A stretch of DNA of 43,471 bases from Candidatus Endomicrobiellum trichonymphae (GTDB lineage: Bacteria > Elusimicrobiota > Elusimicrobia > UBA1565 > UBA9628). This document shows positions 1-8,429 of the stretch, in pieces (position 1 is the first letter of the stretch; every line of letters starts with the position of its first letter). The translations under genes and the position numbers were made by a program. The stretch lies in assembly GCA_943372155.1 (NCBI GenBank), contig CALRXP010000001.1, positions 1 to 43,471 of the forward strand, read 5' to 3'. The notes beneath the pieces were generated by a model, which worked only from the letters and a program-made list of their open reading frames with translations, was not told the origin of the DNA and made no database searches.

Positions 1-691
1 ATTTCAGGCCCATCAGATCGAGCATGTCGTAAAGGCCGGGCTTCTTCTTCGAAACCCACAGCGCCGCCTCGAGCGCTCCGAGCGCGAACGCGTCGCGCGA
101 TTCGGCGACGTGGGAGAGGGTCAGGCGCTCGTACGGCCCGGCGAGAACGAGGCTGTGGTCGCCGACGACGCCGCCGACGCGGACCGAGCTCGTGGGGATC
201 GCGTCGTCGCTGCGGCGGCTTTCCGCGACCGCCTTGGCCAGGCGCAGGGCCGTGCCCGAGGGCGCGTCCTTCTTCGTTTTGTGGTGCGTCTCGACGATCG
301 CGGCGTCGTAATCCGGAAGGCGACGCGCGGCCTCCGCGGCGAGGTGCAGGAGCAAGGTCACGCCGCGGCTGAAATTGGGCGCCATGAACACCGCGGTCTT
401 GCGCGCCGCGGCCGCGACCTGGGCCCGCTGAACGTCGGTCAGGCCCGTGGTGCCGGTCACGAAGGGGACCTTCGCGCGGCCGCACGCGGCGGCGAACTTG
501 ACGCAGGACTCGGGCGTGGTGAAGTCGATGACCGCGCCGCAAGCGCCGGCCTCGTCCTCGAAGGCGGACGCCTGCGCGCGGCCGACGCGCGCCAGCAGAT
601 GAAAGCGCGGATCGACCGCGGCCAGCGCGGCGACGCGGGAGCCGGTCCGGCCAGTGGCTCCGCACACGGCGATTTTCAAGGCAGTGGGCAT
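1..691 (-). CDS. dapB: 4-hydroxy-tetrahydrodipicolinate reductase; the stop codon lies just beyond the window edge
   Basis: Not in the ORF track because it runs off the left edge. The reverse complement from the ATG at 691 reads MPTALKIAVCGATGRTGSRV...FMAPNFSRGV...ETHHKTKKDAPSGTALRLA...GLK. It has an N-terminal GxxGxxG nucleotide-binding motif and the DapB E-x-HH-x-x-K-x-D-APSGTA signature. Confidence 0.9.
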   Translation of the reverse strand, partial: MPTALKIAVCGATGRTGSRVAALAAVDPRFHLLARVGRAQASAFEDEAGACGAVIDFTTPESCVKFAAACGRAKVPFVTGTTGLTDVQRAQVAAAARKTAVFMAPNFSRGVTLLLHLAAEAARRLPDYDAAIVETHHKTKKDAPSGTALRLAKAVAESRRSDDAIPTSSVRVGGVVGDHSLVLAGPYERLTLSHVAESRDAFALGALEAALWVSKKKPGLYDMLDLMGLK

Positions 692-719
692 CTGCGGCCA
701 TTATATCTATAATTCGCCG

Positions 720-2084
720 ATGAAGCCCTCGGCCGAGGAAATGAAGCTCGACGCGTTAGGAAGATCGGGCGTCTACAATCCCGAGGCCAGCCGTCGCCTG
801 GCCGAGCTTCGCCGCGCTCGCGGCGCCGACGCGCCTCCGGCGAAGGCCGAGGCCCTGCATGAGCGGCTCCAGGCCGCCGGCCGGATCTACGACCTCTCGG
901 CGCGGCGGAAAAAAATCGAAGTCCTGCTCGCCGAAGAACCCGCAGACGCCCGGGCGCTCCTCATCGCCGGCGGAGTTCTGTACGTCTCGGGCGGCGTCGC
1001 GCGCGGTCGGGCCCTGCTCGCCGAGGCCCTGCGTCTCGACGGCGGGACGCTCGGCGGCGGAGAGGCCTTCTCCGCGCTGATGAAGCTCGGGCGCCACAAG
1101 GAGGCCGTCGCCCTCGGCGAGCGGGTCCTCGACGGAAGGCCCGCGCTCGACGATATGCGGTGGTTCTGGAATCCGTGGGGCTGGGACGAGCGGGGCTCTC
1201 CGGCGGCGCGACGGACCGAGCTGGCCAAAATGGCTCGAACGGTCGGCGCTCGGTCGCCGTGGCTGCACTTTTATCGCGGCGACCTCGGCGGCGCGCAAGG
1301 CCTGGCGTCCTATGCCCGGGTCGCGGGGTTCCCGGCGAAGCGCTACGGTTGGATGCTCATGAAGGCCGGCCGCGCCGCCTTCAACGCGGGACGTTTCAAC
1401 GACGGCGTGGCCTGGCTGACGGCGTCGCTCGGCCACACGGCCGTCGATTGGCGAGCGCGCGGGTACCTGGCGGAGGGCCTGCTGTGCCTGGGTCGCGAGC
1501 AAGAGGCGTTCGCGCCATTGGACCGCGCTTTGCGCGACGCGCCTGAGAAGGAACGCGGCGATGTCCTGGCTTGGCGCGGAGCGCTCGATCTCTGGACCGG
1601 GCGATATGAAGAGGCGTTGGGCCGCCTCGAGGAAGCCTGCGGCCTGGGCGCGACGTTCGCGTATTGCTGGCGCGGCGGCGCCTTGGTCAAGCTCGGGCGC
1701 TATGACGAGGCGATCGTCCGTCTCGACGAGACCGTGCGCCTGTTCCCTCAGGATTTCGAGGCGTACGTCTGGCGCGCGGAGGCCAAGCGCGAGCTCGGCC
1801 GTCACAAAGAGGCCTTTGCCGACCTCGCGAAAAAGCCGTACGCGGACGCGCGCGGAGAGCTTCCGATCTGGCTGTGGGCGCTCGTCAACCGCGCGCTCGT
1901 CAAAGAGGCGCTCGGAGACCGCGCCGGCTTCGCGGCCGATTTCCGCGCCGTGCCGGCTTTCGTCATCGCGCGCGTGAAGAAGGGGCGCGAGGACAAGGCG
2001 GAGATTCTGCGCGCCGCGCTTGATTTGAGCCGGGGTTACCGTCGCGACGATTATCGTCAGGCGATTTGGATGGGGGAAAAATGA
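720..2084 (+). CDS. cytoplasmic tetratricopeptide-repeat (TPR)-like protein
   Basis: Track ORF 654..2084. I prefer the internal ATG at 720 (MKPSAEEMKL) because 654-691 overlaps the divergent dapB start. Helical-pair units recur (GRHKEAVALGERVL, GRYEEALGRLEEA, GRYDEAIVRLDETV, GRHKEAFADL). No signal peptide. Confidence 0.7.
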   Translation: MKPSAEEMKLDALGRSGVYNPEASRRLAELRRARGADAPPAKAEALHERLQAAGRIYDLSARRKKIEVLLAEEPADARALLIAGGVLYVSGGVARGRALLAEALRLDGGTLGGGEAFSALMKLGRHKEAVALGERVLDGRPALDDMRWFWNPWGWDERGSPAARRTELAKMARTVGARSPWLHFYRGDLGGAQGLASYARVAGFPAKRYGWMLMKAGRAAFNAGRFNDGVAWLTASLGHTAVDWRARGYLAEGLLCLGREQEAFAPLDRALRDAPEKERGDVLAWRGALDLWTGRYEEALGRLEEACGLGATFAYCWRGGALVKLGRYDEAIVRLDETVRLFPQDFEAYVWRAEAKRELGRHKEAFADLAKKPYADARGELPIWLWALVNRALVKEALGDRAGFAADFRAVPAFVIARVKKGREDKAEILRAALDLSRGYRRDDYRQAIWMGEK

Positions 2085-3061
2085 GAGTGCGAACGCTCGT
2101 CTTGATGTCGTTGCTGGCGGCCGGCCGCGCGTACGCCGACGACTGCCAGTTCCTCCGTGACCGCCTCGCCGATCCGAACGCCCACGAGGTGCTCGTGCCG
2201 GCGGGAACCTACGTCTGCTCCAAGCCGGTCGTCATGAACCGCAGCGGCATGATCCTGCGCGGACGCGGCCGGCCGACTCTCAAACTGGCCGATCATGCGA
2301 ACTCCCCTTTGCTCGTGATGGGCGGACTCGATGACGACGCGCGAGGCATTCCCACGCCGGTGTCCGGACTATTGGTGGAAGGGCTCGTCCTCGACGGCAA
2401 TCGCGCCAAGCAGTCGGTCGAGTGCTGGGGCGGGCCGTGCGATACGGGCGGGACGACGGGCGTGCGCAACAACGGTCTGACGATGCGGGGCTTGCGCGAC
2501 TCGGTCGTGCGGAACGTGGAGATCACGGGCGCGCGGTCGGGCGGCCTCGTGACCGAGCGGGACACCGCGGGGATCCGCGTCGAGGGCTTGAAGGCGCGGG
2601 ATAATTTCTTCGACGGGCTGTCCGTGAACTGGACGCGCGACAGCGTGTTCGAGCGGCTCGAGCTCACGGCCAACGCGTACGCCGGCTTGACGATGGACGT
2701 CAAGGTGACGGGCAACGTGTTCCGCGACGGCCGGATCTACGCCAACCGCGACGTGGGCGTCTACCTTCGCCGCGCCGACGGCAACCGTTTCGAGCGTCTG
2801 GCGGTGACGGGCAACGTCAGCCACGGGGTCTATCTCTCGGACGCGGACGGCAAGCCGGGGACCTGCGCGGAGAACAACGTGTTCGCGCGAGTCGAGGCGC
2901 GTTGCAATGGTAAGGACGGCTTCCACATGGCCGGACCGTGCGGCGGCGACCGTCTGGAGAACTCCGTGTCGTCGGCCAACAAGGACCGGCCGTCGCGCGG
3001 CGGCTGGATCCTCGCCGCCAACAACCGCCTCGAAACCGGCGGGTCCTGCACGGCACCGTAA
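2081..3061 (+). CDS. secreted right-handed parallel beta-helix repeat protein
   Basis: Track ORF 2066..3061. The ATG at 2081 gives an ATGA overlap with the upstream stop and a signal peptide, MRVRTLVLMSLLAAGRAYA. Repeated about 22-aa units resemble PbH1 beta-helix coils (VVRNVEITGARSGGL, IRVEGLKARDNFFDGL, VFERLELTANAYAGL, RFERLAVTGNVSHGVYL). Confidence 0.75.
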   Translation: MRVRTLVLMSLLAAGRAYADDCQFLRDRLADPNAHEVLVPAGTYVCSKPVVMNRSGMILRGRGRPTLKLADHANSPLLVMGGLDDDARGIPTPVSGLLVEGLVLDGNRAKQSVECWGGPCDTGGTTGVRNNGLTMRGLRDSVVRNVEITGARSGGLVTERDTAGIRVEGLKARDNFFDGLSVNWTRDSVFERLELTANAYAGLTMDVKVTGNVFRDGRIYANRDVGVYLRRADGNRFERLAVTGNVSHGVYLSDADGKPGTCAENNVFARVEARCNGKDGFHMAGPCGGDRLENSVSSANKDRPSRGGWILAANNRLETGGSCTAP

Positions 3062-3078
3062 CCGAGCGCCAAATAAAT

Positions 3079-3153
3079 TGGTGCCCCCAAGGGGACTCGA
3101 ACCCCTGTTTCAGCCTTGAAAGGGCCGCGTCCTAACCGTTAGACGATGGAGGC
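3079..3153 (-). tRNA. tRNA-Glu (anticodon UUC), CCA encoded
   Basis: The reverse complement GCCTCCATCGTCTAACGGTTAGGACGCGGCCCTTTCAAGGCTGAAACAGGGGTTCGAGTCCCCTTGGGGGCACCA folds as a cloverleaf. It has a 7-bp acceptor stem, anticodon loop CTTTCAA and a GGTTCGAGTCC T-arm. Confidence 0.9.
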
Positions 3154-3168
3154 AAAAATCGAAAACTG

Positions 3169-3240
3169 TGAGCCGGGTGGGAATCGAACCCACGACCCCA
3201 TGCTTAAAAGGCACATGCTCTACCCCTGAGCTACCGGCTC
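3169..3240 (-). tRNA. tRNA-Lys (anticodon UUU)
   Basis: The reverse complement is GAGCCGGTAGCTCAGGGGTAGAGCATGTGCCTTTTAAGCATGGGGTCGTGGGTTCGATTCCCACCCGGCTCA. Acceptor GAGCCGG/CCGGCTC, anticodon loop CTTTTAA, T-loop TTCGATT. No CCA encoded. Confidence 0.88.
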
Positions 3241-3257
3241 CGAAGAAATGATTATAC

Positions 3258-4808
3258 TTAATTCTTCTCTTCGCGCCGACCGAGCTGGTCGAGAGTACGC
3301 CGCCAGACCTTGTAAAGATCCGTAGCCTTCCGTCGGCCGGGGGGGAGCATCTGGTCGAGCGTTTGCCACCAAAAGCCGCCGCACAGCGAGCGCGGCATGG
3401 CGCAGGACGCGGTGGCGTAGAGGATGGTGATGTCCTTGCGACCGCCGTCCACGTCGTCGGGGGCGAGCCACCAGTAGCCTTTGAGCTCCTCTTTCTCGAC
3501 GTAGCCCAGGCTTGAGACCATGAGCTTTTGCGCCGGCATCGCGTCGCCGACCGCGTCGAAGGCGCGCTCGAAACCCATGCCCAGCGGATTGTCCTCGGGC
3601 TGGATGCTGACGCCCACGACGTCGAGGTTCCGGCCGAAGCCGCGCTTGACCTGCACCGGCAGCCAGGTCGACAGGGCGTGCTCGGCGTCGGGCGCGGTCT
3701 CTTCCCAGGCGTAAACGGTCGCGACGGTCTCGAGCGCCGGGTCGAGCTCCTTGACCTTGTTGGCCCCCGCGGAATAAATGCGGTAGACCTGCTCCGGGGT
3801 GAACGGCGCCGAGGCGCCGCCGAGCCAGTCGCCGTTGAGCTCGGTGCCGACCTCCCAGCTTGAGATCTTTCCGCGGAAGTGAAGAACGAGATTCTTCGTG
3901 CGCTCCGCGTACAGCTCGGGGGTGAGCGTCTTCGGCCACGCGGTTGCGTCGAGCACGCAGCCCATGACCTTGACCTTGTTCTTGGCGAGCTCTTCGATCA
4001 CGCCGTCGTATTCGTTGAACGAACGCAGGGATGAATAGAGGAAGTCGGTGGAGTTGGGGCGGAACACAAGGCGCACCCAGTCCGCGCCGGAGCGGCGCAC
4101 GGCCTCGGCGATCCAGTCCAGGTCGTCGAGGCGCTTGAGTAGGTTCTCGTCGAGCGTGAGGCCGAAGCGCAGGCCGGGAGCGCGGCGTTCATCGAGCGCG
4201 TGCTGGAGGCCGTGCTCGAATAGCATCTTCTCCCACGCGAGCGCGGTTTTCTGCACGGCTTTTTGATAGGCCTTCACGCGCGCGGGCGTTTCCTTCTGCC
4301 GCGCGGCCTCGGCCATCGCGTCCTTGGCGTCGTCGGCCAGCTGCTTGGCCTTCTTGCCGGGTTTGTACAACGGCTGCCAGTCGCTGAGCCGCCGCTTCCA
4401 GGAATCTTTGAAGCGCGCGTACTGAGTGACGGCGATTTCCTCGTCGAGAAAGACGAGCTCGCCGTCTCCGAAGCCGGGGCCGCCCTTGTCCGCGCCGACC
4501 GCGTTGTAGCCGTCTTCGTCGACGGGCCAGACGAGCTCGAGACGGACGCGCTCGGCTTTTTCCCAGGTGCCGAGCACGAGCTTGCCCTGCTGCGACAGCT
4601 TCAGGCGCTGGCGCGGGACCTTGCCGTCGGTCGAGACGGCCCAGATCGCGAGCTTTTCGAGGTCGGGAGATTTTTCGTCGGCGCGCGACAGGCGGCGCGC
4701 GAGTCCGGGAGCGTCGAGCGCCTCGCCTTTGGCGTCGAACGCGAACAGCTTGACCGACGCGGCGCGCGCGGGCGCGGCCAGCAACAGTACGAGGAACAGC
4801 GTTTTCAT
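3258..4808 (-). CDS. secreted protein with a C-terminal TIM-barrel glycoside-hydrolase-like domain (function tentative)
   Basis: C-terminal 516 codons of track ORF 3258..5423, starting at the ATG at 4808 (MKTLFLVLLLAAPARA signal peptide). This start makes an ATGA overlap with the upstream gene's stop. The SWEVGTELNGDW segment resembles the WE-x-G-N-E acid/base strand of clan GH-A hydrolases. The upstream 205 codons of the track ORF are Arg-rich out-of-frame read-through. Confidence 0.7.
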   Translation of the reverse strand: MKTLFLVLLLAAPARAASVKLFAFDAKGEALDAPGLARRLSRADEKSPDLEKLAIWAVSTDGKVPRQRLKLSQQGKLVLGTWEKAERVRLELVWPVDEDGYNAVGADKGGPGFGDGELVFLDEEIAVTQYARFKDSWKRRLSDWQPLYKPGKKAKQLADDAKDAMAEAARQKETPARVKAYQKAVQKTALAWEKMLFEHGLQHALDERRAPGLRFGLTLDENLLKRLDDLDWIAEAVRRSGADWVRLVFRPNSTDFLYSSLRSFNEYDGVIEELAKNKVKVMGCVLDATAWPKTLTPELYAERTKNLVLHFRGKISSWEVGTELNGDWLGGASAPFTPEQVYRIYSAGANKVKELDPALETVATVYAWEETAPDAEHALSTWLPVQVKRGFGRNLDVVGVSIQPEDNPLGMGFERAFDAVGDAMPAQKLMVSSLGYVEKEELKGYWWLAPDDVDGGRKDITILYATASCAMPRSLCGGFWWQTLDQMLPPGRRKATDLYKVWRRTLDQLGRREEKN

Positions 4809-5434
4809 CGTTGCCCCCTGCGGCGCCAGGCGAGCTTGATGTCGCTCCAGTGGCCCGGACCGAAATAGATTAAGTACGCGGACAGCCCCGACAGCAGTCG
4901 AGCGCGCCCGGCCGCGTCGCCGCCGAGCAATTGGATCGCGGTCAGCGCGGCGGCGATCGCCGCGAGCCAGCGCAGCTTGACGGGAATGACGAACATCACC
5001 AGCACCTCGCGCTCGGGCGCCAGGCGCGCGAAGGCGAGAAAGTTGGCCAGGTGGATCGGGCCGTTGTCGCCGATCGCGCCGGTGAGGAGGGCGGCGGCGG
5101 TGGACATCAAGGCGCCGATCGCGAGGAACATCGTGAGCTTGAATTCGCCCCAAGCCGCTTCGAGCGCGCTGAGGATGGCGAACACCATCACGAGCCAGAG
5201 CAGCATCCAGATCATGTTCGACTCGAGCGGGGGGACGATGAGGAAGGTGGCTATCCGCCAGACCTGGCCGTGAAGCAGGGCGTCGGGATCGAGGGCCAGG
5301 GCCGCGACGAATTCTGGCTTGGAGGCGGCGAGCAGGGCCGCCGCGGCGGTCATCGCGGTCAGCAGGCCGGGCAGTCCGGGCACGGCCAAAAATCCGAGCC
5401 GTCGTTCGAGGCGGTCGACCCAAGCTCCGTCCAT
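4805..5434 (-). CDS. polytopic inner-membrane protein (rhomboid-like fold suspected; function unknown)
   Basis: 209-aa ORF with about 6 hydrophobic spans. The QVWRIATFLIVPP segment resembles the conserved WR-containing segment of rhomboid/derlin-like proteins, but I cannot place the Ser/His catalytic motifs in the expected order. Translationally coupled to the downstream secreted protein. Confidence 0.6.
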   Translation of the reverse strand: MDGAWVDRLERRLGFLAVPGLPGLLTAMTAAAALLAASKPEFVAALALDPDALLHGQVWRIATFLIVPPLESNMIWMLLWLVMVFAILSALEAAWGEFKLTMFLAIGALMSTAAALLTGAIGDNGPIHLANFLAFARLAPEREVLVMFVIPVKLRWLAAIAAALTAIQLLGGDAAGRARLLSGLSAYLIYFGPGHWSDIKLAWRRRGQR

Positions 5435-5486
5435 GGCCGCCAGAATAGCATAAGCGTGTTACGCATTTAATTGGTAAAAATAGGTC

Positions 5487-6380
5487 ATGGATTGGATCGG
5501 GGAGCTAAAGCGCGCGGGTCTTTCGCCACTTCGCGACGAGCCGCTCGCCAAGCACACGAGCTTTAAGATCGGAGGGCCGGCGGACGCGTTCGTGACCGCG
5601 ACGACGCGCGGCCAGGCCGCGGACGCGCTGAGGATCGCGCGGAAGGGGGGCGTCCCGGTCTTTTTTCTCGGCTGGGGCTCGAACCTGCTCGTGCGCGACG
5701 GCGGAATCCGCGGGCTCACGTTGGCGCTCGGCGGCGATTTCGAGAAGATCGAATTCCCCGGCGGAGAATTGGCGCGCGCGGGGGCGGCGGTCCGGGTTCC
5801 GCAGCTCGTCGTGAGCTGCGCCGAGCAGGGGCTCTCGGGGCTTGAGCCGATCGTGGGCGTGCCGGGCGCGGTCGGCGGAGCTCTCGTCATGAACGCGGGC
5901 ACGCGCGAAGGGGAGATCGGGACGTTCGTGGAGGAGGTCGAAATCCTCGCTGCGGATGGCACTCCAAAGACCGTCAACCGCAGCGAGCTAATATTCGGAT
6001 ATCGTTCTAGTAATCTCGGGAAAACGCTCGTTTTATCGGCGTTGCTCCGGTTGAAGCGCGGGGTCAAAGCTGATATAATGGCCGTCGTCGCCAAGCAGCA
6101 GAAGAAACGCCTTCAAACCCAGCCCATCCATACCTATAACGTGGGATCCACTTTTAAAAATCCGCCCGGTCGTTTCGCCGCGCAAATGATCGAGCACTCC
6201 GGCCTGAAAGGCCATGCCGTGGGCGGAGCGCGCGTCTCTCCGATGCACGCCAACTTTATCGAGAACTTCGCCGGGGCCAAGGCCTCCGATGTCCTCGCTC
6301 TCGTCGACCTCATCTCGGAGCGGGTCCGCGCGGAAAGCGGCGTGAAGCTCGAGCTCGAGATGAGGGTCGTCGGTGAATAA
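5487..6380 (+). CDS. murB: UDP-N-acetylenolpyruvoylglucosamine reductase
   Basis: 297 aa. LAKHTSFKIGGPADAFV, GWGSNLLVRDGGIRG and GSTFKNP are classic MurB FAD-binding and active-site segments. First gene of the plus-strand block. Confidence 0.93.
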   Translation: MDWIGELKRAGLSPLRDEPLAKHTSFKIGGPADAFVTATTRGQAADALRIARKGGVPVFFLGWGSNLLVRDGGIRGLTLALGGDFEKIEFPGGELARAGAAVRVPQLVVSCAEQGLSGLEPIVGVPGAVGGALVMNAGTREGEIGTFVEEVEILAADGTPKTVNRSELIFGYRSSNLGKTLVLSALLRLKRGVKADIMAVVAKQQKKRLQTQPIHTYNVGSTFKNPPGRFAAQMIEHSGLKGHAVGGARVSPMHANFIENFAGAKASDVLALVDLISERVRAESGVKLELEMRVVGE

Positions 6381-7173
6381 CTCCGCCAACCGGCGCCGCT
6401 TCCGCGTCGTCGCCCGCCCGAAGGACAAGGCCCGCCGCGTCCGCGCGGTCGCGGCCGTCGCGGTGGTCGGAGCGCTGGGCGCCATCGCCTACGTGACCGT
6501 GCGAAAGCTCGCGGCCGACTTCCGGATGCCCGTCGTCTCAGCCTCGCGCGCCGAAGACGCCGCGCTCGTCGAAGGCCCGGAGCCGCTCCGCGCCCTCGCG
6601 CAGGCCGCGGCCGACGCCGTCGCCGGCACGGCCGGCGACAAGGCCGAGGCGCTCAAGACTAAATTTCCCGCCCTCGCCGACGTGACGGTGCGCCGCAACT
6701 GGACGGAGAAGACGGCGACGTTGACCTTGGTCGTCCGCCGGCCGGTCGCGGCCGCCACGCGCCACGGCAAGCCGGCCGGATTTTTGGGCGACGACGGCGT
6801 GGTCTTCGCCGCGCCCGAGGGCGCGTTCGCGCTGACCGGACCGTCGGTCGAGGTCGGCGGCGCGTCGGCGGGCGAGCTGTCTGCGCTCGCGCGCGAATGG
6901 CCGACGCTCGCGGCTCCGGGAGCCTTCCCGGCGGCTCTGACGGGGATGATGTACGGCTCGCCCGATAACGGCTGGGAGGCGAGCCTCGCCGACGGCACGA
7001 AGGTGCAGTGGGGCCGTCTCGAGTGGACGAAGGAAAAGCTCTCACGGTTGTCCGAGGCGGTGGCCGATGCCAAGACGAAGGAGCCCGGCGCGTTCTCCGC
7101 GGATCTTCGCTGGTTCGAAGACGGGAAAGTTCTGCTGAAGCCGGCCGTTGCGCAAGTGGGGACAATGAGATGA
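6373..7173 (+). CDS. ftsQ: cell division protein FtsQ-like (single TM plus POTRA-like region)
   Basis: GTG start overlaps the murB stop. Basic N-terminus, one TM (AVAAVAVVGALGAIAYV), then a periplasmic domain. Sits between murB and ftsA as in dcw clusters. Confidence 0.75.
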   Translation: MNNSANRRRFRVVARPKDKARRVRAVAAVAVVGALGAIAYVTVRKLAADFRMPVVSASRAEDAALVEGPEPLRALAQAAADAVAGTAGDKAEALKTKFPALADVTVRRNWTEKTATLTLVVRRPVAAATRHGKPAGFLGDDGVVFAAPEGAFALTGPSVEVGGASAGELSALAREWPTLAAPGAFPAALTGMMYGSPDNGWEASLADGTKVQWGRLEWTKEKLSRLSEAVADAKTKEPGAFSADLRWFEDGKVLLKPAVAQVGTMR

Positions 7174-8429
7174 TGAGCAAGCGGCAGATGAAGCAGGAAT
7201 TGGTGGCGGGACTCGACGTCGGCAGCGGCCGCATCACCTGCCTGATCGGCACGCCCGACACCGCGACCGGCACGGTCAAGGTTTTGGGCGGCGCCAGCGT
7301 GGTCTGCCGCGGCGTGAAGGGCGGCGTCGTTATCAATATTTTGGAAGCGGCCGCGGCGGCGACGCGGGCCGTCGAGGAAGCCGAGGCCGCCGTCGGCGCC
7401 ACCGTGTCCCAGGTCTGGCTCGGCGTGCGCGGCAGCCATCTTCAGTCGTTCAACAACCGCGGCGCGTTCAACATCGCCCGCACCGACCGCGAGATCACCG
7501 CGGCCGACGTGGACTCCGTCGTCGGCTCCGCCAAGGCCATCCCGCTTTCCTCCGACCGCGAAATTCTTCATGTCGTTCCGCAAGGCTTCTCGCTCGATCG
7601 CCAGCGCGGCGTGCCGCATCCCGTGGGCATGGAAGCGTCCCTTTTGGAAGTCGACGTGCACATCGTGACCGCGTCGAGCGCCCACCTCAACAACATCATG
7701 AAGACCGTCGGCCAGGCGGGCTTCCAGGTCGTCGAGCCGGTCTACGGCCTTCTCGCCGCCGGCGAGCTGCTGGTGACCCCTGAAGAGAAGGAGCTCGGCT
7801 CCGTGCTCGTGGACCTCGGCGGCCAGTCCCTGTCGATCGGCGTCTACTGCGAAGGTGCGATCAAGTACTCCAAGGAAATTCCGATCGGCTCCGACTTCAT
7901 CACGCGCGACCTCGCGGTCGGCCTGAAGACCTCGATCGCGACGGCGGACCGCATTAAGATCGAGCACGGCATCGCTCATCCGTCCCTCTTGAACGGCGAC
8001 GCGGACGTGGACTGCCACGGCATCGACGGCCGCACGCCCCTGCGCATCAAGACCAGCACCATGATGGGCATCATCCTTCCGCGCGTCGAGGAAATCTTCT
8101 CCGTCGTCGCCGAAGATCTGCAGAACTCCTCTTACGCGGACGTCGTCGCCCCCGGCGGCGCGATCCTCACCGGCGGCGGCTCGCTCATGCGCGGCACGAT
8201 CGAGGCCGCGCACCAGATTCTCGGCGTGCCGGTGCGCCTGGGCGTTCCTCACCCCGACATGGTCCACACCACGGACGAGAAGTGGCTGTCGCCCGTTTAC
8301 TCTACCGCTCTCGGTCTCCTTCTGTACGGAGCGCAGCCGCGCTGGGGCGCGACCGACAGCCGGGCGGTCAAGCGGCAGAAGCCTCTGTGGATGCGCAAGA
8401 TCTCCGCCGTGCTCCAGGAGCTTTTCTGA
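7170..8429 (+). CDS. ftsA: cell division protein FtsA
   Basis: Track ORF 7008..8429. The ATG at 7170 (MMSKRQMKQELVAGLDVGSGRITC) overlaps the ftsQ stop. It has an actin-fold phosphate-1 motif DVGS, later VDLGGQS, and a C-terminal amphipathic helix WMRKISAVLQELF. Confidence 0.92.
   Translation: MMSKRQMKQELVAGLDVGSGRITCLIGTPDTATGTVKVLGGASVVCRGVKGGVVINILEAAAAATRAVEEAEAAVGATVSQVWLGVRGSHLQSFNNRGAFNIARTDREITAADVDSVVGSAKAIPLSSDREILHVVPQGFSLDRQRGVPHPVGMEASLLEVDVHIVTASSAHLNNIMKTVGQAGFQVVEPVYGLLAAGELLVTPEEKELGSVLVDLGGQSLSIGVYCEGAIKYSKEIPIGSDFITRDLAVGLKTSIATADRIKIEHGIAHPSLLNGDADVDCHGIDGRTPLRIKTSTMMGIILPRVEEIFSVVAEDLQNSSYADVVAPGGAILTGGGSLMRGTIEAAHQILGVPVRLGVPHPDMVHTTDEKWLSPVYSTALGLLLYGAQPRWGATDSRAVKRQKPLWMRKISAVLQELF

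Noticed and set aside
3258-5423. The 721-aa ORF as a single gene.
   Set aside because: Its first 205 or so residues are Arg/Pro-rich and overlap the well-formed membrane-protein ORF 4805..5434 in another frame. An internal ATG at 4808 gives a clean signal peptide and an ATGA junction.
6489-8267. Very long antisense or alternative-frame ORFs. Examples: 756..1805 -, 6489..8267 -, 9526..11490 -, 14049..15488 -, 21650..23092 +, 24215..25507 +, 29450..30922 +, 37412..38860 +, 39070..40725 +, 41380..43365 +.
   Set aside because: All lie opposite or out of frame to genes with unmistakable family motifs. They are Arg/Ala/Gly/Pro-rich with no recognisable domains, the usual stop-codon-poor shadow ORFs of GC-rich DNA.
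8282-8386. ATG 8282 as the ftsZ start.
   Set aside because: It would overlap ftsA by 148 nt and add an Arg/Ser-rich extension unlike any FtsZ N-terminus.
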